Below, in pieces: positions 1 to 9,915 of a DNA stretch of 64,000 bases. The notes below the pieces were generated by a model. It was not told the DNA's origin, did not search any database, and saw only the letters and a program-made list of their open reading frames with translations. The DNA is from an uncultured delta proteobacterium. Its GTDB lineage: Bacteria; Desulfobacterota; Binatia; UBA9968. Position 1 is the stretch's first letter; the number at the start of each line of letters is the position of its first letter. The translations under genes were made by a program, and so were the position numbers. The stretch is taken from assembly GCA_963737905.1 (NCBI GenBank), contig CAVTUQ010000037.1:1-64000 (forward strand), in the 5' to 3' direction.

Positions 1-901
1 TGGCGTTTCATCGGAAAGTGAATCTCTTCGCCAGAATCTTGAAACTTTCCTAAAAATTCTCCGACGCGGCGGAGGGGCTGAAGTTGCTGAACTTGGAGAC
101 GATCCTGATTCCACCTTTTACGTTCTCGGCCTCTCCCTTTCCCAAAGGCCGCCTCGCGGTTCGCTTTTGGTATATCGGCTCCATCGCTCAGATGGTGGAT
201 CGACTCAAAGCTCACTATGACGCGCTGCGGATCAGTTCGGTCGCGTGAGAACGACCCAGAGTTCCCGCCGGTCTGGATGCTCTTGCGTCAGACTGCGCGC
301 GAGAGCCAAGCATTTCTCCCCTTCTTTCCGGCGCGCTGATGCGCTCGATTCTTCTCGGTAGCCCTTATCCCGAAGCGCTCGTGAACGCCGTGATGAATCG
401 AATTCGCGTTGTCGAGAAAGATCAAAAGGGTCGTATTCGTGATAATGTCACCTATATCCGCGCTGCCATTCTTAAGGCATGGCTTGTCCGCAACCATCAA
501 CACCAAATCACACCTATGCTTGACGAAAACAATCCAAATCCCGGGTATCGGCTGGGGCGACTCTTCGCTGCGTTAGAAAAAACGCAGCAGGATGCGTTGC
601 CAGGAATCAACGCAACCATCCGCGACCGCTTCTACTCTAGCGCCTCGGCCACGCCGCGCGCTGTGTTCGGCCGTCTTCTTCGCACCTATCAGCACCACTT
701 GGCAAAGCTGGATGGCGGCAGAAAAACGAATCGCGAAAAGCTTGTTCAGAATATTTTCTGGCCTTTAGAAGGCAAAGCGCTCCCCGCGCATCTCCACTCG
801 CCGAGCAAAGCCTGTTCGCAATCGGCTACTACCATCAGCGCAGGGCGCTCTTTACCAAGGGTCAAGATGAAAATCCCTCGCAGACGCAAGCTAACCTTTA
901 A
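1..901 (+). CDS. cas8c: Type I-C Cas8c (Csd1), 3' part, frameshifted
   Basis: ORF 339..938 has YRLGRLFAALEKTQQDALPGINATIRDRFYSSAS. After a frameshift near 795 another frame reads EQSLFAIGYYHQRRALFTK to TAA at 899-901, the typical Csd1 C-terminus. The 5' end lies outside the window. Confidence 0.9.
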
Positions 902-934
902 TTCGCTCTCAACCCATCCAACAACCATCATCCT

Positions 935-2114
935 ATGAAACATCGCTACGACTTTATCTACCTGTTCGACGTTACAGACGCTAACCCTAATGGAGACCCG
1001 GACGCGGGCAATCTCCCACGCATCGACACCGAAACGGGACAAGGCCTCGCCACCGACGTCATGCTCAAACGCAAGATTCGAAACTTCGTCACGCTTACCA
1101 AGAACTTAGTGCCGCCATTTGGCATCTACGTGGAGGAAGGCGCGGTACTTGGGCGAGCACACGTGGAAGCTTTCAAATCGCTTGGCATCAGCCTAGGCGA
1201 AGAGAGCAAGGGTGAGATCACGGAAGAAGTCTCCGAAGAATTGGACGCAGCAGGATTACCGGACGGAATTCGCACCGATGAGGATGACGAAGAACGACAC
1301 TGGTTGGTTATCGAGGGCATTGCCGACAAAAAGGAAATCAAAGAGTGGTTGAAGGCGACCGACCTATCGAAAGACGCCAAATCCGCGATTAACAAAACGC
1401 TCAAGGGCGCAAAGGGGCGTCCGCCAACGCGGGATGAAACGAAATCGGGCAAACAGGAAATGTGCAAAAACTATTTCGACATCCCGCGCCTTTGGTGCGG
1501 TCATGAGTCTCAAATCTGCGCCGAACTGCGGTCAAGTGCGCGGACCGGTTCAGATATCATTCGCCCGTTCGGTCGATCCCATCGTTTCGAGCGAACACGC
1601 TCTTACTCGTTGTGCTGTAGCAACCGAAGCCGAATCGGAGAAGCAGTCAGGGGCAACCGAACGATGGGTCGGAAATTTACTCTCCCGTACGCGCTCTTCG
1701 CGCGCATGGCTTTATCAATCCCTTCTTGGCCGACCTTACCAGATTCTCTGAGGATGTGGATTTGGAGCTGCTTTTCAGCGGGTTCGAAAATGCATTCCAG
1801 TTCGACGTCCGCCGCGCGTCCGCCCGGTAGTATGGCACCGCGTGAGCTACTTGTATTCCGGCACGATGGCACGGGCCCAGACGGTGAACAGAAAACACAA
1901 CAGGCAAAGCTAGGCTGCGCCGCGAGCCACGCTCTGTTCGACAGGCTGAAGATCACGAGCTTCGAAGAGCAGCCGACCGAAGATGGAAAACCACCGCGGT
2001 TCTTTGATGCTTACAAATCGCGCATTACCTTCGACGGTCAGCCTCTTGACGATTCGTTAAAGTGGAGAGTCGAAGGATCTCGGGAATGGAGTCACTCTCA
2101 TCCGCCGCATCTGA
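935..2114 (+). CDS. cas7: Type I-C Cas7 (Csd2), several frameshifts, with a large acidic insertion
   Basis: [50 protein letters not shown] and NRTMGRKFT motifs are spread over frames. The reconstructed end is ..[10 protein letters not shown] (TGA 2112-2114). Confidence 0.92.
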
Positions 2115-2117
2115 GCG

Positions 2118-2653
2118 TTGAACGCCGTCGTCGAGATTCTTAAGCGGGCGCAACAGAAACAGTTGCCTTGTCTTCTCGTCGGCGGGCACGCGGTGATTCT
2201 CTATCAGGTGCCGCGTTTTACCCGTGATATCGATTTCGTGGTGCCGGACGAAGCCACGGATCGATGGCTGGATTTCCTCCAAAGGCTTGGCTATCGAGTT
2301 TATCATCGGGCGGGCGCTTCATTCAACTCGAACCGGCTACGCCGGGAACGATGCCGCCGGTCGATCTCATGCTGGTGGACGAAAGCACTTGGGCAAAGCT
2401 CCTAGCTCAGGCCCAAGAGCGCGATGCCGGCGAAGGAATGCATCTCCAGGTGCCGCACCCGTGGCACCTGATCGCGATGAAACTTACGGCAGCCAAATCA
2501 GCCACGCGTCGCACGGGCGCATCGGACTGGAGCGACATTTTTGATCTGCTGCGGACGTGCAAGATTGATCTCGCTGATCCAGAGTTTCGAAAACTGGTGG
2601 TGCAATATGGGGGCGAAGAAGCATTACATCGGATGGAGCATGAAACGCGATGA
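2118..2653 (+). CDS. Pol-beta superfamily nucleotidyltransferase (AbiEii/DUF2204/DUF6036-like), one frameshift near 2315
   Basis: LLVGGHAVILYQVPRFTRDIDF motif in ORF 2118..2405, continued by PVDLMLV...HLIAMKLTA...DWSDIFDL in ORF 2264..2653. Confidence 0.8.
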
Positions 2654-2860
2654 GTGAGAGCGCTGAGGCAGAGCTGTGGAATATCCGGTTACCGGATGCA
2701 AAAGATTCGTTATACCCCAGTCATCTCCGCCAACCGCCAAGCTGGACCGAGTTTATGCGCGAAATGGACACGGAGTGGCAACGGTAGATGCGAGACCATG
2801 ATGCGCCGGAGGACCCGCTCGCCAACAAAGCTCCACACGCGTTTCCGCCTGGAGGCTTGA
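2650..2860 (+). CDS. Small (~45-70 aa) partner protein of the nucleotidyltransferase, interrupted
   Basis: ATGA overlap at 2650-2653. Reads MSESAEAELWNIRLPDAKDS...WTEFMREMDTEWQR then TAG at 2785; a plausible continuation ends ..RFRLEA* at 2860, 7 nt before cas4. Confidence 0.5.
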
Positions 2861-2867
2861 TCATCGG

Positions 2868-3520
2868 ATGTACGATGAACCAAATCTCCTCCCGATCTCC
2901 GCGCTTCAGCATTTGATTTTTTGCGAGCGGCAGTGCGCGTTCATTCACATCGAACAAGTCTGGAGCGACAACGAATTCACGGCGGAAGGAAACATTCTCC
3001 ACGAGCGTACACATAAGGCCCGGATGAGTCGCGCCCCGGAGTTCGCATCACGCGCGGGTTTCCAGTTCGTTCGTGGGAGCTCAGTTTGAGCGGCCAGTGT
3101 GATGTCGTGGAATTCCACGACGATCCCGAAAAAGTCTTTCTCATCGAATACAAACGCGGAAAACCGAAATCACACGCCGCTGACGAAGTGCAGCTCTGCG
3201 CTCAGGCGCTTTGTCTGGAGGAAATGCTGAATCATCGCGTAGAAAGCGCCGCGCTTTATTACGGTAAGCGGCGCAGACGAACCGATGTGATTTTTGACGA
3301 AGCACTTCGCGCTCTCACGCGCGATTCAGCCCAGCGGCTTCATGAATTAATCGCCTCGGGGCTGACACCGCCCGCTGTATGCGAGAAAAAGTGCGACAGC
3401 TGTTCGCTTCTTGCCATCTGCATGCCGGATGCGCTCCGCTTGCGACGTGGTGCCGCGGCCTGGTTCGAGCGCCAACTGCGAGAAAGCGCGACGGCGGAAT
3501 CTTTGTGCGCCAACATCTAA
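2868..3520 (+). CDS. cas4: Cas4, frameshift near 3020
   Basis: ISALQHLIFCERQCAFIH, GQCDVVEF, IEYKRGKPK, QLCAQALCLEEM and a C-terminal CDSCSL..C Fe-S cluster motif. Confidence 0.93.
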
Positions 3521-4537
3521 ACACACTTTTTGTTACTCTCGAAGGCGCCTGGCTTTCCAAAGATGGTCAGGCAGTCGAGGTCGGCACGAAGGCCAAACCA
3601 AGCTGCGCGTTCCTCTGCATAATCTGGAAAGCATCGTCGCTTTTGGCTGGGACATTTCCGCGTCCGCTCAACTAATGGCGGCATGTGCGGAGGCGGGTGT
3701 CATGCTTTCCTTTTGCAGTCCGCACGGAAATTCCTCGCTGCAGCTACCGGCTTCGCGGCTGGAAATGTCCTTCTCCGTCGCGAACAATATCGTCGCGCCG
3801 ACGATTTGGTCGCATGCGCGGCGATCACCAAAAATATCGTCGCCGCGAAAATATCAAGTTCTCGGGTATCCCTGTTACGCGCATTGCGGGATCGCCCCGA
3901 TCACGAAGCTGCTTCACAACTGAAAGCCACTGCGCTGTGGTTAGCCCACTGCGTTAAAAACCGCCTTACGCGAGAATTCTCTGGACGGCTTGCGCGGAAT
4001 CGAAGGCGACTCTGCAGCCGCATACTTTAACGCTTTCCCGTTTTTACTGACAACAGACGATCCCGCGATTGCCATGAATGGCCGAAACCGCGTCCCGCCA
4101 CCGATCCTGTGAACGCACTGCTTTCATTTGTTTACGCTTTATTGCTTCATGATTGCCGCTCAGCACTGGCAGCTGCAGGATTCGACGCCGCTGTTGGTTT
4201 CTTCCATCGTGACCGGCCCGGGAGGCCTTCGCTCGCGCTCGATCTGATGGAAGAATTTCGACCGGTCCTAGCCGATCGTCTCGCGCTCGCGCTGCTGAAC
4301 CGACGGCAGATCGACATTTCCGATTTTGACTCGCACGAAAATGGCGCTGTCACCCTGCGCGACGACTCGCGGAAGAAAGTATTGGTTGCGTGGCAAGAGC
4401 GAAAGCTTGAACAAATCGTTCATCCATTCCTTCAGGAAAAAGTGACATGGGGTCTTGTTCCTCACCTGCAAGCCCGGCTCCTTGCTCGGCATTTGCGCGG
4501 CGACTTGGATGCCTATCCCGCCTTTATTTGGAAATGA
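3505..4537 (+). CDS. cas1: Type I-C Cas1, several frameshifts
   Basis: GTG start [64 protein letters not shown] and C-terminal [13 protein letters not shown]. Confidence 0.93.
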
Positions 4538-4565
4538 TTATTCGTGAACCGCTCCTGAAAATCAT

Positions 4566-4855
4566 ATGCAAGTACTGATTACCTACGACGTTTCACCACG
4601 ACCGTGGAAGGTCGGCGTCGGCTCCGTCGAGTCGCCAAAACATGCCTCGATTATGGCCAACGCGTTCAGAATTCCGTGTTCGAATGCCTTATTGATCCGA
4701 CGCAACTCGTCACGGTACGAAACAAGCTCGTAAGAATTATAGATACCGTTACCGATAGCCTACGAATCTATCTTCTCGGTCGTGACTGGAATCACAGGGT
4801 CGAGCACTACGGCGCAAAGCCATCTTTTGATCCTCAGGGTCCACTCGTTGTATGA
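4566..4855 (+). CDS. cas2: Cas2, frameshift near 4595
   Basis: MQVLITYDVS, then GRRRLRRVAKTCLDYGQRVQNSVFEC...DSLRIYLLG. Confidence 0.93.
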
Positions 4856-4911
4856 TCGAATCTGTTGCTATGCGAACCTGAACGTACTCAAACTGACAGG
4901 TAAGTATTCGC

Positions 4912-5081
4912 GCCGCGCCTTCGGACAAACAGTAGCGGATGGCGTGGGCAGGAAACCTGGCGTCAAATTTCTTCCGCGTGAAGCGCTCTTCTTGTGCCGC
5001 AGCCACTATCTGACCATCGCGCACCAGGCACGCCGCGCTATCGTGATAAAATGCTGAAACGCCCAAAATGTTAGTTGGCAT
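4912..5081 (-). pseudogene. Carbamoyltransferase (NodU/CmcH family), N-terminal ~55 codons only
   Basis: MPTNILGVSAFYHDSAACLVRDGQIVAAAQEERFTRKKFDARFP..AIRYCL; family similarity stops abruptly at ~4912. Confidence 0.85.
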
Positions 5082-5118
5082 GGTCTTACCTATGAACGCG
5101 AATTATTACCGCGAAGGC

Positions 5119-5328
5119 CCAGCGCGGCAGAGGCGCAACCAAAATCGAAAGGAACATTGCACCACGAAGGACGCGAAGGACACGAAGGAAAAAATTGAAA
5201 TGTAATACTTTCCGAATTCTTCGTGTCCTTCGTGCGTTTCGTGGTGACATGGTATTTACTGCTTGATTCAACAATTTGGAACTGGTGCAAAATTTGCGCA
5301 AGCTGCGAAAACTCTCAAGCATAGTAGT
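5119..5328 (+). mobile_element. 210-bp non-autonomous hairpin-ended element, copy 1, inserted in a REP arm
   Basis: CCAGCGCGGCAGAGGCGCAACC...AAGCATAGTAGT; 5 mismatches versus 33589-33798 by manual comparison. Confidence 0.8.
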
Positions 5329-5423
5329 ACAGAGTTCGCAGAGGAGAATTTCGAAAATCGCCTTTTGTCTCGGCGTACTCCGCGCCTCAGCGGTGAGATA
5401 TCCGAATTCTTCTCATCGGCCGT

Positions 5424-6533
5424 TTACTGATAGAAGTTTCTGATTTGCTCGACAACATAACGTTGCTGTTCCTCGGTCAACTCCGGATAGACCGGCAGCG
5501 CTAAAGAATCGCTGGCGGCAGCCTCGGCATTTGGGAAATCTCCACTTTGGTAGCCAAGTTCAGCAAAGCAGTCCTGGAGGTGCAACGGAACCGGATAATA
5601 GACTTCGGTTTCTATACCTTTTTCACGCAGGAATCGCTGGAGTCGATCTCGATCTGGAAACCGAGCGACAAATTGATTGTAAATGTGTCCCGCCGAGTCC
5701 TCCGGTAGCGAAACGCATTCCAACAGCCCCATCTCTTCGAACAACAATCGATATCGGCTGGCGTTATGTCGACGCATTTCGGTCCATCGGGTTAGATGTT
5801 TCAATTTAACTAGCAGAATCGCTGCTTGAAGCGCATCCAAGCGAAAGTTTCCTCCTACAAGACTGTGATGATACTTAGGCTTGGCGCCGTGAACACGGAG
5901 GACTCTGAGCGTTTCTGCCAGATGATCGTCATTCGTAATCACCATTCCAGCGTCACCGAAGGCGCCTAGATTCTTGCTGGGGAAGAAGGAAAAACAACCC
6001 ATCTGCCCCATCGTTCCGGCTTGCCTTCCGCTATTATCCCGAGCCCCAATCGCCTGTGCCGCATCTTCGATCACATGAATGCCTTTGCCTTCGACAATTT
6101 CCAGAATCGCGTCCATCGCGGCGCACTGGCCGAACAGATGGACGGGCATTATCGCTTTTGTCCGAGACGTAATTTTTTGACCCACCTCACCAGTGTCGAG
6201 GTTAAAAGTTTTTGGATCGATGTCCACAAATACCGGACGGGCGCCGAGCCTTGCGATCACACCGGCTGTGGCAAAGAACGAGTAAGTAGTAGTGATTACT
6301 TCATCTCCCCGTCCGATTCCGATCGCCATTAAAGCAGCGAGCAGTGCATCCGTTCCGGAGGATAGCCCAATAGCAAAGGGAGCTTGACAGAAGGCCGCTA
6401 TCTCCCGTTCCAGACCTTCTACTTCCGGCCCCAGGATGAAGTGTTGCGACTCAAGAACTCGTTCGATCGCCTGTTGGATCTCAGACCGGATAGTTGAGTA
6501 CTGAGCTTTCAGATCGAGTAAAGGTACTTTCAT
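5424..6533 (-). CDS. DegT/DnrJ/EryC1/StrS aminotransferase (WbpE-like)
   Basis: [25 protein letters not shown] (PLP lysine), [12 protein letters not shown]. Confidence 0.93.
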   Translation of the reverse strand: MKVPLLDLKAQYSTIRSEIQQAIERVLESQHFILGPEVEGLEREIAAFCQAPFAIGLSSGTDALLAALMAIGIGRGDEVITTTYSFFATAGVIARLGARPVFVDIDPKTFNLDTGEVGQKITSRTKAIMPVHLFGQCAAMDAILEIVEGKGIHVIEDAAQAIGARDNSGRQAGTMGQMGCFSFFPSKNLGAFGDAGMVITNDDHLAETLRVLRVHGAKPKYHHSLVGGNFRLDALQAAILLVKLKHLTRWTEMRRHNASRYRLLFEEMGLLECVSLPEDSAGHIYNQFVARFPDRDRLQRFLREKGIETEVYYPVPLHLQDCFAELGYQSGDFPNAEAAASDSLALPVYPELTEEQQRYVVEQIRNFYQ

Positions 6534-8127
6534 CAGCTAGAGCCACCTCATTTCCGGTTTTCCGATACAGGCGCCGGCATGCCTGGCATTGGCCGATTTC
6601 ATGGGCATCGCCAAAGTCAATACGGTTCGCACAAACACACATCCAACCTGCGATTCGCCCAGGATTGCCGGTAACGAGAGCGAAATCAGGAACGTCCTTA
6701 GTCACCACCGCCCCGGCACCGATAAAAGCGTACTGCCCGATCGTGATCCCGCAAACGATGGTACAGTTGGCGCCGAGCGTCGCGCCCCTGCGAACCAGGG
6801 TCGGGCGCAATTCATCCATCCGCCGGATCTCGCTGCGCGGGTTAAACACGTTGGTAAAAACCATCGACGGGCCGCAAAATACATCGTCCTCCAGAGTCAC
6901 GCCTTCATAAACCGAGACGTTATTTTGGATTTTGACCCCATGACCAATGTTCACATTGGGACCGACGACGACATTCTGTCCAATCCGACAGTTCTTGCCA
7001 ATGCGCGAGTTCTTCAAGATATGTGAAACATGCCAGATGGTTGTTCCTTCACCGATTTTCACCTCATCGTCAACGAAAGCCGACTCATGAACAAAATAGG
7101 AAGCGTGTGACGGCTGTGGACGCAACTCTGCGATGGGTTTTTTCTGCTTCAGCGCTTCCTGGCATTCCTGAAGCACGGTCAACACCCTGAGCCCTTCGCT
7201 CCCATTGGTTCGGGGAGTCTCACGAGTTTGGATACATTGCAAGAAATGCAAGCACTCTTGCCTTAACGGCTCAGTGGATTCTACCGGAACAAATACGGCT
7301 TTCCCTTTAGTTGGAATGGGTAAGTGGTTCTTCCAGACGATGGCGTGGGGGTACAGTACTAGCTTGTTCTCAGTTTCTAAATCATCAAAAACCGCCATCT
7401 GACGATCTCCCACGACAATCAGCTTCTGCTCCTTGAAGGGATGAAGCCACGAAACAAAGATGTGGGCTTTCACGCCACTGGGAAAGGAAAGCAAGCTGAC
7501 CGTCACGTCCGCGATCTGGTCATGGAGATAATTCCCTCCCTGCGCGCTTATCGTATCGGGCATCTCTCCAACGAGTCCCAGGATGACGGAAATGTCGTGC
7601 GGCGCAAAGGACCACAGAATGTTCTCTTCACGGCGGATTTTTCCGAGGTTCAAACGGTTCGAATAGATATATTCGATTCGGCCAAGATCTCCGTCCTCAA
7701 CCAGTTTTTTTAATTTAAGCACCGCCGGATGGTACCAGAGCAGATGGCCCACCATGAGTACTCGGCGTTTATTTGAAGCCAGGTCGTTAAGTCTCTGCGC
7801 CTCCTCGACCGAAAGGGCTAAAGGCTTTTCAACGAAAACATCTTTGCCAGCTAATAGAGCCCGCTGCACCAGCTCCGCATGGGTAATGGCAGGAGTCGCT
7901 ATGGCGACGCCCGTGATCTCTGGATCGGCGAAAACTTCATCCGCCACATCAGTAAACGTCATATGCGGGTACTGCCGTTTTAGATGAGCCCGCGTCGACG
8001 CGTTCACCTCACAAACAGTGGAGAGAACATCCAGGTCATTGAAATTCCGAACCAGGTTCTTTCCCCAATAGCCAGCGCCAATGCAGGCGATTTTGTTTTT
8101 CAAGGTTTGCACCATATAAATGTCCAA
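6481..8127 (-). CDS. Gfo/Idh/MocA oxidoreductase fused to hexapeptide N-acetyltransferase (WbpB-WbpD-like fusion)
   Basis: N-terminal [10 protein letters not shown] and VEKP; C-terminal [36 protein letters not shown]. Confidence 0.9.
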   Translation of the reverse strand: MDIYMVQTLKNKIACIGAGYWGKNLVRNFNDLDVLSTVCEVNASTRAHLKRQYPHMTFTDVADEVFADPEITGVAIATPAITHAELVQRALLAGKDVFVEKPLALSVEEAQRLNDLASNKRRVLMVGHLLWYHPAVLKLKKLVEDGDLGRIEYIYSNRLNLGKIRREENILWSFAPHDISVILGLVGEMPDTISAQGGNYLHDQIADVTVSLLSFPSGVKAHIFVSWLHPFKEQKLIVVGDRQMAVFDDLETENKLVLYPHAIVWKNHLPIPTKGKAVFVPVESTEPLRQECLHFLQCIQTRETPRTNGSEGLRVLTVLQECQEALKQKKPIAELRPQPSHASYFVHESAFVDDEVKIGEGTTIWHVSHILKNSRIGKNCRIGQNVVVGPNVNIGHGVKIQNNVSVYEGVTLEDDVFCGPSMVFTNVFNPRSEIRRMDELRPTLVRRGATLGANCTIVCGITIGQYAFIGAGAVVTKDVPDFALVTGNPGRIAGWMCVCANRIDFGDAHEIGQCQACRRLYRKTGNEVALADESTFTRSESSVLNYPV

Positions 8128-8151
8128 ATCTACGGCTTAATTTTTCTAATC

Positions 8152-8270
8152 TACTCCGCGCCTCCGCAGTGCGCCATCCGAATTCCTATTCACCGAAGAG
8201 ACACAGAGTTCGGAGAGATCGGAGTATTTATTGACCAAGAACTCTTAACTCTGCGTGCTCTGCGCCTTAG
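8152..8270. repeat. REP/REPIN-like mosaic (AGAG family)
   Basis: TTCACCGAAGAGACACAGAGTTCGGAGAG with inverted arm CTCTGCGTGCTCTGCGCCT and linker ATCCGAATTCCT. Confidence 0.75.
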
Positions 8271-8523
8271 CCTTGAAAATTGTGGCTGATCCGTCCTTGG
8301 CGGATCCGCGTACATGATCAATGTCAGTCGTATGAAAAACCCATCGTTTTGACCTGCCTATATGTTTGACTGCTCCAACACCGAGACCTCCGCATCGAAA
8401 CTAGGATGGACCAAGAAAAGTTTTTGAAGAACAATCCACATACTAGTTGAATCAGTTAGTTAGCAAGAAATCCGCACAATTCTGCAATCCAATGACTACA
8501 TAAGTAGCTCGATTGCAGAAAGG

Positions 8524-8539
8524 TGGCATCAGACTTGCT
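8524..8539 (+). promoter_or_regulatory. sigma54 (-24/-12) promoter
   Basis: TGGCAT-CAGAC-TTGCT with correct spacing, upstream of a riboswitch-like leader. Confidence 0.7.
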
Positions 8540-8589
8540 CCACTTACGCAGGGTTTTTGGTCCCGTCTTGTTTACAGGGCATCGATTCT

Positions 8590-8725
8590 CAAAACAAACC
8601 GCTTTTAAAGGGTGGACGCCAACTAGTGGCCGAAGTCTCGAATCTGCGGGATGCGGCAGCAGGGTTGCCTGGCGAACTCAGTACCTCCTTGGAACTGTGC
8701 ATCGCATGAGGCCAATAGGAGTACA
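8590..8725 (+). promoter_or_regulatory. Degenerate c-di-GMP-I (GEMM) riboswitch with expression platform
   Basis: The 3' half is nearly identical to 9818-9910 (GCAGGGTTGCCTGGCGAACTCAGTACCTC). The 5' half has AAACAAACC and GGACGCCAAC instead of GGGCAAACC and GGACGCAAAG. Confidence 0.65.
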
Positions 8726-8729
8726 CATA

Positions 8730-9053
8730 ATGGGTTCCGTATGGCTGTTCGACAAAAAGCTTGTTCTTGTTTTTGCTCTGTTTCTGGCCAGCGCGTCTTG
8801 GCACGCTGAACTCCAGGCCGCAAAAATTTACCTGCGCTGGACAAGTACTTCCAACAACGAGCATGGTTTTAGAATCGTACGCTTTGTAGCCGGGTATATC
8901 GATGCAATCTTGCTGGTCCCGGCCAAGGTTACTTCACACACAGATTCATGGTTGGTAGACGGAACCGTCTACTGTTATCACGTTGAAGCTTTTAACTCAG
9001 CGGGGGATTCTGCCCCCTCCAACTTAGCTTGCGTAACTGCACTGGACGAATAG
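8730..9053 (+). CDS. Small secreted FN3-like protein, short paralog of the 9916 gene
   Basis: Signal peptide plus LRWTSTSNNEHGFRIVR...YCYHVEAFNSAGDSAPSNLAC, colinear with the N-terminus of the 9916 protein. ATG at 8730 follows AGGAG. Confidence 0.8.
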   Translation: MGSVWLFDKKLVLVFALFLASASWHAELQAAKIYLRWTSTSNNEHGFRIVRFVAGYIDAILLVPAKVTSHTDSWLVDGTVYCYHVEAFNSAGDSAPSNLACVTALDE

Positions 9054-9061
9054 AGTGGGTG

Positions 9062-9292
9062 ATGTTCGCAGAGGTTGTTAATTCACTCGGCGCCCTCCGC
9101 GCCTGAGCGGTGCGATATCCGAATTCTTATTCACCGCAGAGACACAAAGTACGCAGAGTTCGGACAGTATCTTTTAACAGAAATTCTTTACTCTGCGTTC
9201 TCCGCGCCTCAGCGGTGCAATCTCCGATATCCGAATTCCTATTTAACACAGAGAGGCAGTAACTCAGCGCCTTGAGCGCCTCCGCGGTAGCC
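9062..9292. repeat. BIME-like array of AGAG-family REP arms
   Basis: Alternating CTCCGCGCCTCAGCGGTG and TCACCGCAGAGACACAAAGTACGCAGAG arms joined by GATATCCGAATTC linkers. Confidence 0.8.
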
Positions 9293-9583
9293 ATATAAAT
9301 GGTTTAATTCTTTCTTTCTAGTAAGTCTTTGGTAAATCTCGGATGGGGGCCTACTTCAGACCAGTACCCAATTCTTTGCGATAGCGGTTTGGGATTTTTT
9401 TTATAATCTGGTTCGGCTGAATTTGATGCACATGAACAAACTTGTCCCAAGAGAACAATTCCGTTCCCTTCGAAGACTAGATGTACCGTGTAAAACGTTC
9501 CGTTATCATGTTGATGGTTCTTTTTCATCAGTAATCATGGTGACTTCTATGCTTTTGAACATCTACTACCTGTGTAGAAAATT

Positions 9584-9598
9584 TGGCACACCTATTGC
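9584..9598 (+). promoter_or_regulatory. sigma54 (-24/-12) promoter
   Basis: TGGCAC-ACCTA-TTGC, matches consensus. Confidence 0.8.
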
Positions 9599-9639
9599 CA
9601 GCTATCACTGTATAAATTATTTGGTTCTTCCAGGTGTGA

Positions 9640-9730
9640 AGGAGTATTCACCACAGAGGCACAGAGTTCACAGAGTAAAATTTCGAAATTTGATTTTGCC
9701 ATCTCTGCAGACTCCGCGCCTCTGCGGTTA
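9640..9730. repeat. AGAG-family REPIN (empty allele) inside the 5' UTR
   Basis: TTCACCACAGAGGCACAGAGTTCACAGAG ... CTCTGCAGACTCCGCGCCTCTGCGGT inverted pair. Confidence 0.8.
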
Positions 9731-9765
9731 GCCACACGATCTCAAACAGACCTTCATAAACGGAA

Positions 9766-9857
9766 GCTAGAAAAGGGCAAACCATCCGAAAGGGTGGGAC
9801 GCAAAGCCACTGACCTAAGTCTCGAATCTTCGGGATACGGTAGCAGGGTTGCCTGGC
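9766..9857 (+). promoter_or_regulatory. c-di-GMP-I (GEMM) riboswitch aptamer
   Basis: GGGCAAACCATCC-GAAA-GGGTGGGACGCAAAGCC..CCTAA..GGTAGCAGGGTTGCC; P1 is GCTAG/CTGGC; the G20, A47 and C92 equivalents of the Vibrio Vc2 aptamer are intact. Confidence 0.92.
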
Positions 9858-9915
9858 GAACTCAGTACCTCTTTTGGGACTGTGCATCGCACAAGGCCTA
9901 AAGGAGGTACACGTA

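Noticed and set aside
2785-2787. Amber recoding or programmed frameshifting in the cas region
   Set aside because: Indel density across all cas genes is better explained by read error or decay; no slippery-site pattern.
5086-5322. Short ORFs repeated at 5086, 15484, 33488-33792, 61224 and 62144 (LRVLRVLRG, LVAALPR, LCVLCG)
   Set aside because: Translations of 9-nt periodic repeats; no evidence of real genes.
4856-5420. CRISPR array after cas2
   Set aside because: No regularly spaced 28-37 nt repeats; the repeats here are REP-like and recur across the window.
8523-8729. N-terminal extensions of ORFs 8523 and 9874
   Set aside because: They overlap the promoter and riboswitch; SD-supported starts are 8730 and 9916.
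9062-9292. Possible orphan CRISPR array
   Set aside because: Units alternate in orientation, are degenerate and lack unique equal-length spacers; BIME-like.
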